A DNA stretch of 64,000 nucleotides from Octopus sinensis (GCF_006345805.1 NC_043001.1:129766001-129830000), one strand, 5' to 3'. Positions 41,283 through 53,170 are shown, counted from the stretch's first letter. Numbers and translations are program-made. Notes: generated by a model not told the origin, from the letters alone.

Positions 41283-41569
41283 AGGCGCAATGGCCTAGTG
41301 GTTAGGGCAGCGGACTCGCGGTCGCAGGATCGCGGTTTCGATTCCCAGAACGGGCGTTGTGAGTGTTTATTGAGCGAAAACACCTAAAAGCTCCACGACG
41401 CTCCGGCAGTGGGTGGTGATCCCTGCTGTACTCTTTCACCACTCTTTCTCAAACTCTTTCTTCTGTTGGCCTGCTCGCTTAGCCAGTGGGGTGGCATCAT
41501 TCGAAGGCTAAAACAATGCGAATGCATTGTGACCAGCGATGTGTAACAATATCTGATGGTCTGGTCGGT

Positions 41570-41578
<9 letters not shown>
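41281..41578 (+). mobile_element. tRNA-derived SINE, head B + tail X
   Basis: GGCGCAATGGCCTAGTGGTTAGGGCAGCGGACTCGCGG..GGTTTCGATTCCC (tRNA-Arg-like A/B boxes) followed by a non-tRNA body. Confidence 0.9.
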
Positions 41579-41612
<34 letters not shown>

Positions 41613-42229
41613 GTATATATAAAATGTATGTATAAACACATATATATACATACACAGGTCTTTATTTTTATTCCACATATTTCTTTATGTCGCATGAAAC
41701 TAAATCTGGTGTGTGCAATTTTGGACGTAATTACTTTCCCACTTAGCTCTAACATAGGATTAGCAAGGCCAACCAGTCAAAGAAGAGGTAGAAAGAAATT
41801 GGCAATGAACACCTCTACTCCTTCCTGTACACACACCTATGAACATACACACACACACATATATATAGTTTCAATGGTGCAAGGTGGGAGGAAGTAGTAA
41901 AGAGGAAACTGAGAATCTGAACAGAACAATCTCACTGAATCTCTTGTTAGATTTGTTGGTTGTTGATGTTGTTGTTGATGTTGTTGTTTGTCATAGCTGT
42001 TTTGTGGCTAACATTAATATTATTTTCAACACTTGTTGTTGTTGTTATTGCTATTCATTTCGATATTACTATCATTGTTATCATTATTATCATTATTACA
42101 ATGACTATTATTATTATTATTTTTTCATCCTCAATATTATGACTTTAATTAGTATTATTACTATTATAATTATCATCATCATTACCATCCATTATCATTA
42201 TCCTAAACAACATCATACTTTTCTTTATG

Positions 42230-42433
42230 TATATATATATGTATGCGTATATATATATGTGTGTGTGTGTGTGTGCATGCACATATATATATATATCATC
42301 ATCATCATCATCATCGTCGTTTAACGACGATGATGATGATGATGATGATGATATATATATATATATATATATATATTAGATATATTATATTATATATATG
42401 TATGTATATATATATGTATTATATATATATATA

Positions 42434-42466
<33 letters not shown>

Positions 42467-42700
42467 GTAGATATTATATATATGTATGTATATATATATG
42501 TATATATATATATTATATATGTATATTATATATATTATATATATATATGTATATATATATATTATATTATATATATTATGTATATATATGTGTATATATA
42601 TTATATATATATATATATTATATTATATATATATATATATATAATATATATATATATATATTATATATATATTATATATATGTATATATATATGTATAAT
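42230..42700. repeat. (TA)n field containing a (CAT)n/(ATG)n palindrome
   Basis: Directly visible. Confidence 0.9.
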
Positions 42701-44077
42701 GGGTTTTTTTATCAGCATCATTAACATCATCAATACAGTCATTTTTCTTTTTCTACTTATCATTTTCAGACTTCAACATTTCCTTCTACATTATTATTAG
42801 TACCATTATCATCATTATCGTCATTGCCTTTATCATTTTGTTTTATTTTGTTTCAAATTTATTTCTCCTTTGCTGTCTATTTATCATACCATCTTCCAAT
42901 GTACGTTTGCTTATTTCTTCATATATATATATATATATTACTTGTATATCTTTATCTGTATGATAGCCATTGTCATCATAATCATCATCGCCATCATCAT
43001 CATCAATTGTACAACACATTAAGGTGGCCTATTGTCAAAGTTGCCATCATTATTAGTTTCATGGGAAATGTTATCTTCTGAGTGATAAACTATACTTGGA
43101 AATGTCATTTTCTGACTTACACATATATGTGTTTCAACTTAGATATGCATTTATCGAAGACATGTTGTTACATTCCAATTAGGGAATAAATTACACCTCC
43201 TCCCTTTCTAAGTGATACTTCTATCATTCGTAACTGATATCATCCTTACTCATATATACATATAAATATATTTTTCGCACACAGTGCATGTGTGTGTGTG
43301 TGTATGTATAGCTAAAGAGGTTCAAATATACAGATATCCACTTACAGATCTATTCATTCCTATAATAATAACATACAAAGGAAATCAAATGAGTATCAAG
43401 TACTGTAAAACTGTTTGTATAAACACACTCACACACAAATACACACACATATACAGCTGATATATATATATAATATATATATATATACTTATATGTGCAT
43501 ATATATGCATTTGTGTGTATGCGTATATGCATAAGCAACAAAGACTCTACATAACCCTTACCAGAATCAGAATCTTAGTGAAGGTCAATCATGCAGAATA
43601 TGGGATAATATAGGCAACAAATCTACCATACCCTAAGAAACCAAGAACTTTCTAAACAAGTTTAACCTTAGCAGAACTAAAATTTTAATGAAAGACAACT
43701 TATAGCCATGAGAACATGACATACAAAAGATTCACTGTCAACAACACACACTAACAACAAAAAAAAAACAAGTACATCAAATATATACTTCCCATCATCA
43801 GCTACCTATTGAACACCATTATGGTTTTGACACCTGGGAAGTACCATTCAGTCCAGCAGTGCCAACAGTGATGAAAATAACAGTGAAGCAGAGGCTGAAC
43901 ATTAGTGTAATACATCCATTATGACTACGCATGCTTACTATTTTAAAATACAAATGCAAACATTGTCTCAAGCAGAATCATCATACACCTGTAGCTACAA
44001 AGCATAGAAATTAAAAAAATAGATATAGAAAAAATATAAAATATGTAAATATTGTTACATGTATTATCATGTGATAA

Positions 44078-44336
44078 TCATATGACTGACCAGGCTATCA
44101 GGTGTTCTACAAATTGCTCATCATAATGTGTTTTTGCATTGTTTTAGCCTTCAAATGATGCCACCCAGCTGGCTAGGTGAGCATGTCAACAATCCCCACC
44201 TGGTCGAAAGGGGGAATGGAACAGCATGGAAAGAAGTGTTTTTCTCAAGAACACAATGCACCACCCAGTCAGGGAATCGAACGCACAATCTCATGAGCCT
44301 GAGTGCAACAACCCAACCACTAAACCACGTGCCTTT
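44078..44336 (-). mobile_element. SINE with C-like head + tail X (diverged)
   Basis: Minus strand AAGGCACGTGGTTTAGTGGTT..TTCGATTCCC..TGTGTTCTTGAGAAAAACAC then GCCAGCTGGGTGGCATCATTTGAAGGCTAAAACAATGC. Confidence 0.75.
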
Positions 44337-44359
44337 GCATATGTATTATACAACTTAAA

Positions 44360-44750
44360 TTCTTAAATCCTTAAAAATGTTTTAGCCCAAAGGCCACAGC
44401 CATGCTGGGGCACCACCGCTGATTGAGCTACACTAATATGTGAATCCACCTCTGATACGTGGTACTTGATCAACAAGGGAGTTAGATGCCGCTGCCCGCA
44501 TCTGTGTCTCTTGTCGAGGTAGGTTCATCTGGGACCCCCGACAAGAAGAGATCCAGTTTAGTTTTAAAGAAACCCACATCCACACCATGTAAGTCTCTCA
44601 GGCATTTAGGGAGGATGTTAAAGAGCTGTGGTCCTCTGAAACCCAAGCTGTTGCAGTATCTGGACCTGTATTTTGATGGTGATGTAGGAATCTTTGGCAC
44701 CATGCAGTGGCACCCCGTTCTGCGGCTGGAGTAACTTTATATAATACACC
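44360..44750 (-). mobile_element. CR1-like LINE 3' end (ORF2 C-terminus, 3' UTR and tail)
   Basis: YCNSLGFRGPQLFNILPKCLRDLHGVDVGFFKTKLDLFLSGVPDEP is a typical CR1/L2 C-terminus; tail GGTGGTGCCCCAGCATGGC..AAAACA then (TTTAAGGA)-like repeats. Confidence 0.8.
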
Positions 44751-44754
44751 GCAT

Positions 44755-45135
44755 TGACTGGCCTCCGTGCTGAGGGCACATAACAAACACCATCCAAGCG
44801 TGGCCGTTCGCCAGCCTCGTCTGGCACCTGTGTCGGTGGCACATAAAAACACCATCCGAGCGTGGCCGTCTGCCAGCCTCGTCTGGCACCTGTGTCGGTG
44901 GCACATAAAAACACCATCCGAGCGTGGCCGTCTGCCAGCCTCGTCTGGCACCTGTGTCGGTGGCACATAAAATCACCCACTACACTCTCGGAGTGGTTGG
45001 CGTTAGGAAGGGCATCCAGCTGTAGAAACACTGCCAGATCTGACTGGCCTGGTGCAGCCTTCGAGCTTGCCAGACCCCAGTTGAACCGTCCAACCCATGC
45101 TAGCATGGAAAGCGGACGTTAAACGATGATGATGA
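44755..45135 (+). mobile_element. Retroposon E with 3+ tandem 62-bp internal units
   Basis: Units start at 44775, 44838, 44900 and 44962 (partial); (GAT)n tail. Confidence 0.9.
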
Positions 45136-45378
45136 TATATATTTCTTAAATTCTCGTGTACAAAACTGATTCAGAAAATTAAGAGAAACTGTATTGATAA
45201 ATATCAATACACATATTGTTTATTCACTAGGCTTTGACTGAATGGTTGTGGGTCCATCATATGTAATTAAGTACTTATCTATATCTTCATGGATATTATT
45301 TGATTTATCATCCATGCATTACTGAACTGATTGCAATCCATTGGAATACATCTAATACCAGTAACTTCATTCTTCACT

Positions 45379-45379
<1 letters not shown>

Positions 45380-45424
<45 letters not shown>

Positions 45425-45670
45425 ATACATATATATATGTCTGTGTGCGTGTATAAATATATGTATACATATCTATATATACATATGGATTCACACATAT
45501 ATTTGTACATATACGTAAGTGTATGTAATGGATATACATATATATGTGTGTGTGTATCTATATTATTATATATATATATATATATAGATATATATATATA
45601 TATATATTACCACCATATATATATAATATATATATCTATAGGTATGTATATGTACATGTGTGTGCATGTG

Positions 45671-45705
<35 letters not shown>

Positions 45706-45905
45706 TTGATGTATGTAATGGATATACATATATATATGTGTGTGTGTATATCTATATTATATACATATATATATTACATACATATATATATAATATATCT
45801 ATATATATATAGGTATGTCTATGTACATGTGTGTGCATATGTGTGTATATATATATATATATATTATATATATGTGTCTGTGTGTTTGTGTACGTATATA
45901 TACCC
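45380..45905. repeat. Compound (TA)n/(TG)n field with internal duplications
   Basis: Directly visible. Confidence 0.9.
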
Positions 45906-46152
45906 ACACACTCATGTATACATATATGGCTTCAGTATACGTGACAAAAGGAAGACATGGAAAAGACGAGAAATCAATTTGTATTTATGTTTTTGCGTTT
46001 TCATACAACTCCAATTATCACCAAGTTCCCATCTCTCATGCACCAGTATTGACACTTTGATGAAAAAACTTAAACTGTCAACTGCAACACTCAACCAAAT
46101 AGACCCAATGTAGATTTGATTGCTCAACATCTGTGATAACAGCCTAAATTTT

Positions 46153-46241
46153 TAAGGTTTTAATAGATTTGAATAAACATTTGAATTTTTTTTTGCTAAG
46201 GTTTTAATAGATTTGAATAAAAATTTGAATTTTTTTTTTGG
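46153..46241. repeat. 44-bp tandem duplication
   Basis: TAAGGTTTTAATAGATTTGAATAAA at 46153 and 46197. Confidence 0.9.
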
Positions 46242-47114
46242 TTGATGTAATACAGAAAGCTATAGTTGGTGGAAAATATAAACGTTATTTTAAATGACTA
46301 AATACCACTGTTTTCGTATTAATGTCTATTTTCCAATGCTTGCATTGGTCAGATAGACGTTACTGAGGCAGATTTTCTACAGCCAGATACCATTCATATC
46401 TTTCCTCTAACTAAGCCATCGTGTTTTCGTCTTTCTTTTAAACCTAGCACTACATAATCCAATGTGTACTTCTTCATTTTCTTACAAGAGGGAACATGAA
46501 GAAGATTTTACTATTTCTAGTAGATTAAATAATGATGCAAGTGCTTCTCTTGTTGATTCTGTTATTATTTTATGGTTTCCAAAGGAAGGAAATCTTAATA
46601 GTATAACAGGTTAAAATCTTGTGTGAGACTGGTGAGATTCATTCAATGCTTAACTAAACAGTCTAGCAGTTAAAACTTATGTTTCACTGAAGAGGTTTAA
46701 TAAGGCCAAAGCATGTTCATGTGCAGAGATTTCCCCATGACTGCAAAGAAAATAAAAAAATCAGATCAATTTTTCTCCATTAAAGCATGGCCATTTTTAA
46801 TTTTAATTAATAGGAATCTCGGTGAATCAGCCCATGTTTTGCTTTTTGGATTTACATTCCTTGCTTATTTCTGGGTAGATTTAAGCATTGGTCTTATGTT
46901 TATCTTTCCCAAACTCATGAAATCTCGATGAATTAAAGTTTTCTTACCCACACACACTGAGTAACCTATTGAGCCAAATAATTTTACAATACTTAACCCA
47001 TCTCACTAACACTGCACCAATTTGAACTGTTTTAATGAAGGTGATGAGCAGGCAAACAGGCAAAATAATTAATAAAAATAGGCTAACGAGCTGGATTTCA
47101 ATGTATAATTACAC

Positions 47115-47570
47115 CAGGTGCAGACATAGCTATCTTAAGAAGATTGTTTCCCAACCATATAGTTTGAGGTTCAGTCCCACAGCATTGCACGCTGGACAAG
47201 TGCCTTTTACTATAGATCCAGGCTGACCAAAGATTTCTGAGTGGATAGAGTAGATGGAAACTGAAAGAAGCCCATTGTATATACATATAAATACAAATTT
47301 ATAGTGTGTGTATATATATATATATATATGTGTATGTGTATGCATTATCATCATCATCATTTAATGTCTGTTTTCATGCTGGCATGGGTTGGACAGTGTG
47401 ACAGGTGCTGGCCAGGTAGAAACCTGCACCAGACTTCTGTGACTGCTATGGCAGGGTTTTTACTGCTGGATGCCCTTCCTAACACCAACCACCCAGCAGA
47501 GTGGACTTAGTCCTTTTTATGTGGTACCAGCACAGAGGTTAGTTTAGGCAAGGTTTTTACAGCTGGATGC
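47115..47570 (+). mobile_element. SINE A 5' half followed by antisense retroposon E at its microsatellite
   Basis: SINE A head and body 47115-47285, (TA/TG)n, then E on the minus strand 47345-47570. Confidence 0.8.
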
Positions 47571-47602
<32 letters not shown>

Positions 47603-48110
47603 GAGTGTATTTTTACCTTGTTAACAATAAACACGGAAAAAATAAATAAATAGTAATTATTCATATATATATATATATATATATATCAAATGTGAGGATA
47701 AAATTCTTTTCGAAAAAAAAAATTTTCTCGAAAAAAATGTTATCAATGGCCAGCATATTAAGAAATACCTTTAACGGTTAAATTTATAAACAATTCATAA
47801 ATGAGGGCAAAGGAAAAAATTTCTAATGACAAATATGCCGAAAAACTGGACATATTGTCCATTAACCATATAATTTTTTCTCAATACGCATGCTACTAGA
47901 AAAAAGGTCGACAGAAATTTCTAAAAAATTCTATTATTACCATATCGGACCGATTTCAGAGTTAGCTACTAAGAGCCCTCTCCTTGTCAGTGATACATGT
48001 GGCAAAAGAAATAAATGAGATACTTACTTATACCCATCAGTCCGATATGGTAATAATGGAATTTTTTAGAAATTTCTGTCGACCTTTTGTGAATATATAT
48101 ATATATATAT

Positions 48111-48521
48111 TCTCTTTCTCTTTCTCTTTTACTTGTTTCAGTCATTTGACTGCGGCCATGCTGGAGCACCGCCTTTAATCGAGCAACTCGACCCCAGGAC
48201 TTATTCTTTTGTAAGCCCAGTACTTATTCTATCGGTCTCTTTTGCCGAACCGCTAAGTGACGGGGACATAAACACACCAGCATCGGTTGTCAAGCAATGC
48301 TAGGGGACAAACACAGACACACAAACACACACACATATATATATATATACATATATACGACGGGCTTCTTTCAGTTTCCGTCTACCAAATCCACTCACAA
48401 GGCTTTGGTCGGCCCGAGGCTATAGTAGAAGACACTTACCCAAGGTGCCATGCAGTGGAACTGAACCCGGAACCATGTGGTTGGTAGACAAGCTACTTAC
48501 CACACAGCCACTCCTGCGCCT
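48111..48521 (-). mobile_element. SINE A, full length, young
   Basis: Complete head, body and tail. Confidence 0.9.
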
Positions 48522-48547
48522 ATATATAAATATATATATATATATAT

Positions 48548-49134
48548 ATTTATATTTAACTATATAAATAGAGGGTCAAAATTATTAAATTAATAATCTT
48601 TACCAGTAGTTAGCATGCAATGTGCAACGTGTAATATGTGAGAATGCATTTTTTGTGGTTTGGGTTTTAACTACCCTCTCTAGCATTTCCACATGATGGT
48701 CTTCTCTTCATGTATAAATTCTTATACACTACTCTTTTACTTGTTTCAGTCATGTGACTGTGGCCATGCTGGAGCACAGCCTTTAGTCAAGCAAATTGAC
48801 CCCAGGACTTATTCTTTGTAAGCCTAGTACTTATTCTATCGGCCTCTTTTGCTGAACCGCTAAGTTACGGGGACATAAACACACCAGCATCGGTTGTCAA
48901 GCGATGTTGGGGGGACAAACACAGACATACAAAACACACACATATATACAGAGTCCACTCTGCTGGGTGATTGGTGTTAGGAAGGGCATCCAGCAGTAAA
49001 AACCCTGCCATAACAGTCACAGAAGTCTGGTGCAGGCTTCTACCTGGCCAGCACCTGTCACACTGTCCGACCCATGCCAGCATGAAAGCAGACATTAAAT
49101 GATGATGATGATAATGCATACACATACACACATG

Positions 49135-49171
<37 letters not shown>

Positions 49172-49753
49172 TATATTTAACTATATAAATAGAGGGTCAA
49201 AATTATTAAATTAATAATCTTTACCAGTAGTTAGCATGCAATGTGCAACGTGTAATATGTGAGAATGCATTTTTTGTGGTTTGGGTTTTAACTACCCTCT
49301 CTAGCATTTCCACATGATGGTCTTCTCTTCATGTATAAATTCTATACACTACTCTTTACTTGTTTCAGTCATGTGACTGTGGCCATGCTGGAGCACAGCC
49401 TTTAGTCAAGCAAATTGACCCCAGGACTTATTCTTTGTAAGCCTAGTACTTATTCTATCGGCCTCTTTTGCTGAACCGCTAAGTTACGGGGACATAAACA
49501 CACCAGCATCGGTGTCAAGCGATGTTGGGGGGACAAACACAGACATACAAAACACACACATATATACAGAGTCCACTCTGCTGGGTGATTGGTGTTAGGA
49601 AGGGCATCCAGCAGTAAAAAACCCTGCCATAACAGTCACAGAAGTCTGGTGCAGGCTTCTACCTGGCCAGCACCTGTCACACTGTCCGACCCATGCCAGC
49701 ATGAAAGCAGACATTAAATGATGATGATGATAATGCATACACATACACACATG

Positions 49754-49790
<37 letters not shown>
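48548..49790. repeat. Tandem duplication, period ~621 bp, containing SINE A 3' half and an E fragment
   Basis: GAGGGTCAAA at 48571 and 49192; the copies differ mainly by single-base deletions. Confidence 0.9.
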
Positions 49791-49799
<9 letters not shown>

Positions 49800-49975
49800 C
49801 ACGCACTATACGACGGGCTTCTTTCAATTTCTGTCTTCCAAATCCACTCACAAGGCTTTGGTTGGCCTGAGGCTATAGTAGAAGACACTTGCTCAAGGTG
49901 CCATGCAGTGGAACTGAACCCAGAACCATGTGGTTTGTAAGCAAGCTACTTACCACACAGCCACTCCTACACCTA
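49350..49975 (-). mobile_element. SINE A interrupted at its microsatellite by an E fragment (49568-49732)
   Basis: 5' half 49808-49975 and 3' half 49350-49565. Confidence 0.85.
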
Positions 49976-50605
49976 TTATGGAGAAATATTTCCTTGCTTG
50001 GGAATCAAGTGAGAGATACTTACAGGAAGAGCATCCAACTGTAGTAAATCTGTTTCAATAAACTGTCTGACCCATGCAAGCATGGAAAAATGGTCATTAG
50101 TACCATGATGATGATGATGATTATGATGATGATTATGAATTGCACTTTTCGGTTTTTGATGCATGTTCTAGTTAAGCATTAAGAAATAATTACTTGTCTT
50201 ACGCAACACTCAATTTTAGAGCAGATGAAAGCCTTTGGTACCAGGTGTTGCCCATCCCATGTGTACCCTCCTAGTTTATAATCTGTTTTGTTGAAAACTA
50301 AAAACATTAACCATATGACTTCTAGAATTCACCATGGAGTAGAATGGAATAAGAGTGGAGCGGGGCGTGTCTTGTTAGTAAACTGAAAAAAACAAATTTC
50401 TTTCATTTTTCAGTTGTTCAAGTTGATCCTTTGGGAAAAAGTAAGCTTAAAGATTTAATTAACGAAATAATTATTATTACTATTATATTTTTTTTTTTAG
50501 TTCTTTAATTTTATTAATATTTGTTTCATTATTTTAACTGGCAACATTGTTGCTGTTTTTTATTGTTATTTTACATCATCAACATCAGTAATATAATTAG
50601 TATTT

Positions 50606-50640
<35 letters not shown>

Positions 50641-51182
50641 TGTAGTTGTAGTAGTAAACATATTTATAACAGTGCAAATTTTTTTTATAACATTTTTGTA
50701 TATATGTTGTTGGGTTTTTCTCAATGACCAGATATTACAAATATCTTAAATATTTAGAAGGAAGAATATAAGACAAAATATTAGAAGTTATACAAAATGA
50801 ACATTATAAACGAAGAACTAGTAACTAATGAATAAAGTAGAAATCAGCATCCATTGTTAATTTAATGCTGTGCATTGAGACTGCGGAATGGAGATAATGC
50901 AGGCAGTAAAAAAAAAAATACGATTGCATGTCTTATAAATATCTAGTTCAGTAACCTCATACTTTTTAGTTTAAATTTTGTCTGCAGTAACTTTAGAGCT
51001 ATCTTTAACATGTATAGCTTCATCATATAAACTTTTTTTCTTATATGGTGTACTGTAATAGTTTCTCTGCAAAGATGAAAAGTAAATAGCATACATACAA
51101 AGTGAGATCGGTCATGTGCAGTACAACAATAGTTTCTTTAAAAATAAACCTATCTGACAAATAACCAATTCCACCACCTTAA

Positions 51183-51824
51183 CCCTTTCGATACCAACCC
51201 GGCTAAAACCGCCTCTGGCTCTGTAGTACAAAAGTCTTGTTTTCATATATTCTGAATGAAAATCTTCCACCAAACCTTAAGTCACAATTTATGTTCCTAA
51301 CAAAAGCTTAATGATAACTAAGTTATTTTACTAAATTCTTTGTTATACTCTTACTCTTTTCTCTTTTACTTCTTTCAGTCATTTGACTGCAGCCATGCTG
51401 GAGCACTGCCTTTAATCGAGCAACTCGACCCCGGGACTTATTCTTTGTAAGCCCAGTACTTATTCTATCGGTCTCTTTTGCCAAACCGCTAACTGAAGGG
51501 GACATAAACACACCAGCATAGGTTGTCAAGCAATGCTAGGGGGACAAACACAGATGCACATACATACACGCACATATATATATATATACATATATACGAT
51601 GGGCTTCTTTCAGTTTCCATCTACCAAATCCACTCACAAGGCTTTGGTCTGCCAGAGGCTATAGTAGGAGACACTTGCCCAAGGTGCCACACAGTGGGAC
51701 TGAACCCAGAACCATGTTGTTGGTAAGCAAGCTACTTACCACACAGCCACTCCTGTGCCTGTTATATTTAAAATTAATTGAAAGAAATACAAAGCATTTC
51801 AAAATAAATACGGTAACAAAAGGG
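51183..51824 (+). mobile_element. piggyBac-type MITE F interrupted by SINE A
   Basis: TTAA|CCCTTTCGATACC...GGTAACAAAAGGG|TTAA; collinear with 24332-24552 once the SINE is removed. Confidence 0.85.
51348..51759 (-). mobile_element. SINE A with 7-bp TSD
   Basis: TGTTATA at 51341-51347 and 51760-51766. Confidence 0.9.
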
Positions 51825-51979
51825 TTAATACATATTGTGAGGATCTGAGCCCCCACAAAAAAGTATATCTCTATACAGGCACTCAGTTTGTCAGAAATAA
51901 CACCCAAATTTCCCTTCAATTACATTTTAACATCTTAAAAAAACAGGAAACACATTGGATAAGATGAACCTAGAAGCAG

Positions 51980-52250
51980 TTATCATCATCATCATCATCG
52001 TCGTCGTCGTCGTTTAACATCTGCTTTTCCATGCTTGCATGGGCCAGGCAGAATTTGTTGAAGCAGGTTTTTTATAGCTGGATGCTCTTTTTGTTGTCAA
52101 CCCTTACCTGTTTCCAAGTAATGTAGTACTCCCAATGACCAGACATGTTCTTCATGGAAAATTGGAAATGCACATTGCTTGTATGATGATGATGATGATG
52201 ATGATGATGATGCTCATTTACAACTATCACATGATGTCTTGACAAGGGTA
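51980..52250 (-). mobile_element. Retroposon E variant
   Basis: (CAT)n(CGT)nTTAACATCTGCTTTTCCATGC; a related body is at 25205-25385. Confidence 0.7.
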
Positions 52251-52495
52251 CACTCAAACACACACACACACACACACACACACAAATACGATTGCTCTTC
52301 AATTAGATGTTCACTAGACAGAACTGACCTGAAACAAAACAAACAAAATTTTTGAAATTAATCTCTCTTAAGGTAAAAACAATAAAATTGGTTTGGTCAC
52401 AATGGATTATTAACTTCTGTTTTCTCACGACCTCTGCTCGGAGAACAGTAAATTTAATACTACAATGATTTTAATTTTGAAATATAAGCAATATA

Positions 52496-53170
52496 GGCGC
52501 AGGAGTGGCTGTGTGGTAAGTAGCTTGCTTACCAACCACATGGTTCGGGTTCAGTCCCACTGCGTGGCATCTTGGGCAAGTGTCTTCTGCTATAGCCCCG
52601 GGCCGATAATGCCTTGTGAGTGGATTTGGTAGACAGAAACTGAAAGAAGCCTGACGTATATATGTATATATATATATACCAATTAAGGACTGAACACGAA
52701 AAGTGGACAGTCAACATGCTAGATATAGACGTCAAATCGCCATTCACCACAAAAGATTTGATCTGAGAACATAATCTTTGTGGTGAATGGCGATTTGACG
52801 TCTATATCTAGCATGTTGACTGTCCACTTTTCGTGTTCAGTCCTTAATTGGTATATATAATATTTTATCTTCGATTTTTTTTTAATATGCTAGACCACGG
52901 GTCCTAATTGATAAATATCAATTTCTACCCTATTAATGTATATATATATATATATATATGTGGTGTGTGTGTTTGTCCCCCTAGCATTGCTTGACAACCG
53001 ATGCTGGTGTGTTTACGTCCCCGTCACTTAGCGGTTTGGCAAAAAGAGACCGATAGAATAAGTACTGGGCTTACAAAGAATAAGTCCCGGGGTCGAGTTG
53101 CTCGATTTAAGGCGGTGTTCCAGCATGGCCGCAGTCAAATGACTGAAACAAGTAAAAGAGTAAAAAGTAA
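52496..53170 (+). mobile_element. SINE A split at its (TA)n by a fold-back insert
   Basis: 5' half 52496-52670 and 3' half about 52950-53170. Confidence 0.9.
52679..52851. other. Near-perfect palindromic (fold-back) insert, ~80-bp arms and 14-nt loop
   Basis: 52679-52758 is the reverse complement of 52773-52851 with one 1-nt indel; flanked by TA. Confidence 0.95.

Noticed and set aside
41281-41350. tRNA gene (also 17492, 53900, 56402)
   Set aside because: No complete cloverleaf or matching acceptor stem; each continues into a repeated body and several have TSDs, so they are SINE heads.
43800-43900. RTE RT motif relic (HLGSTIQ)
   Set aside because: Too short and decayed to support; the same applies to 26890-26990 and 9180-9270.
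44775-44975. 62-bp direct repeats resembling a CRISPR array
   Set aside because: The units are contiguous with no unique spacers, the context is eukaryotic, no cas genes are present, and the repeat is internal to a dispersed retroposon.
50355-50372. GC box (GGGGCGTGTC) as a promoter
   Set aside because: A single motif with no CpG island or TSS evidence.
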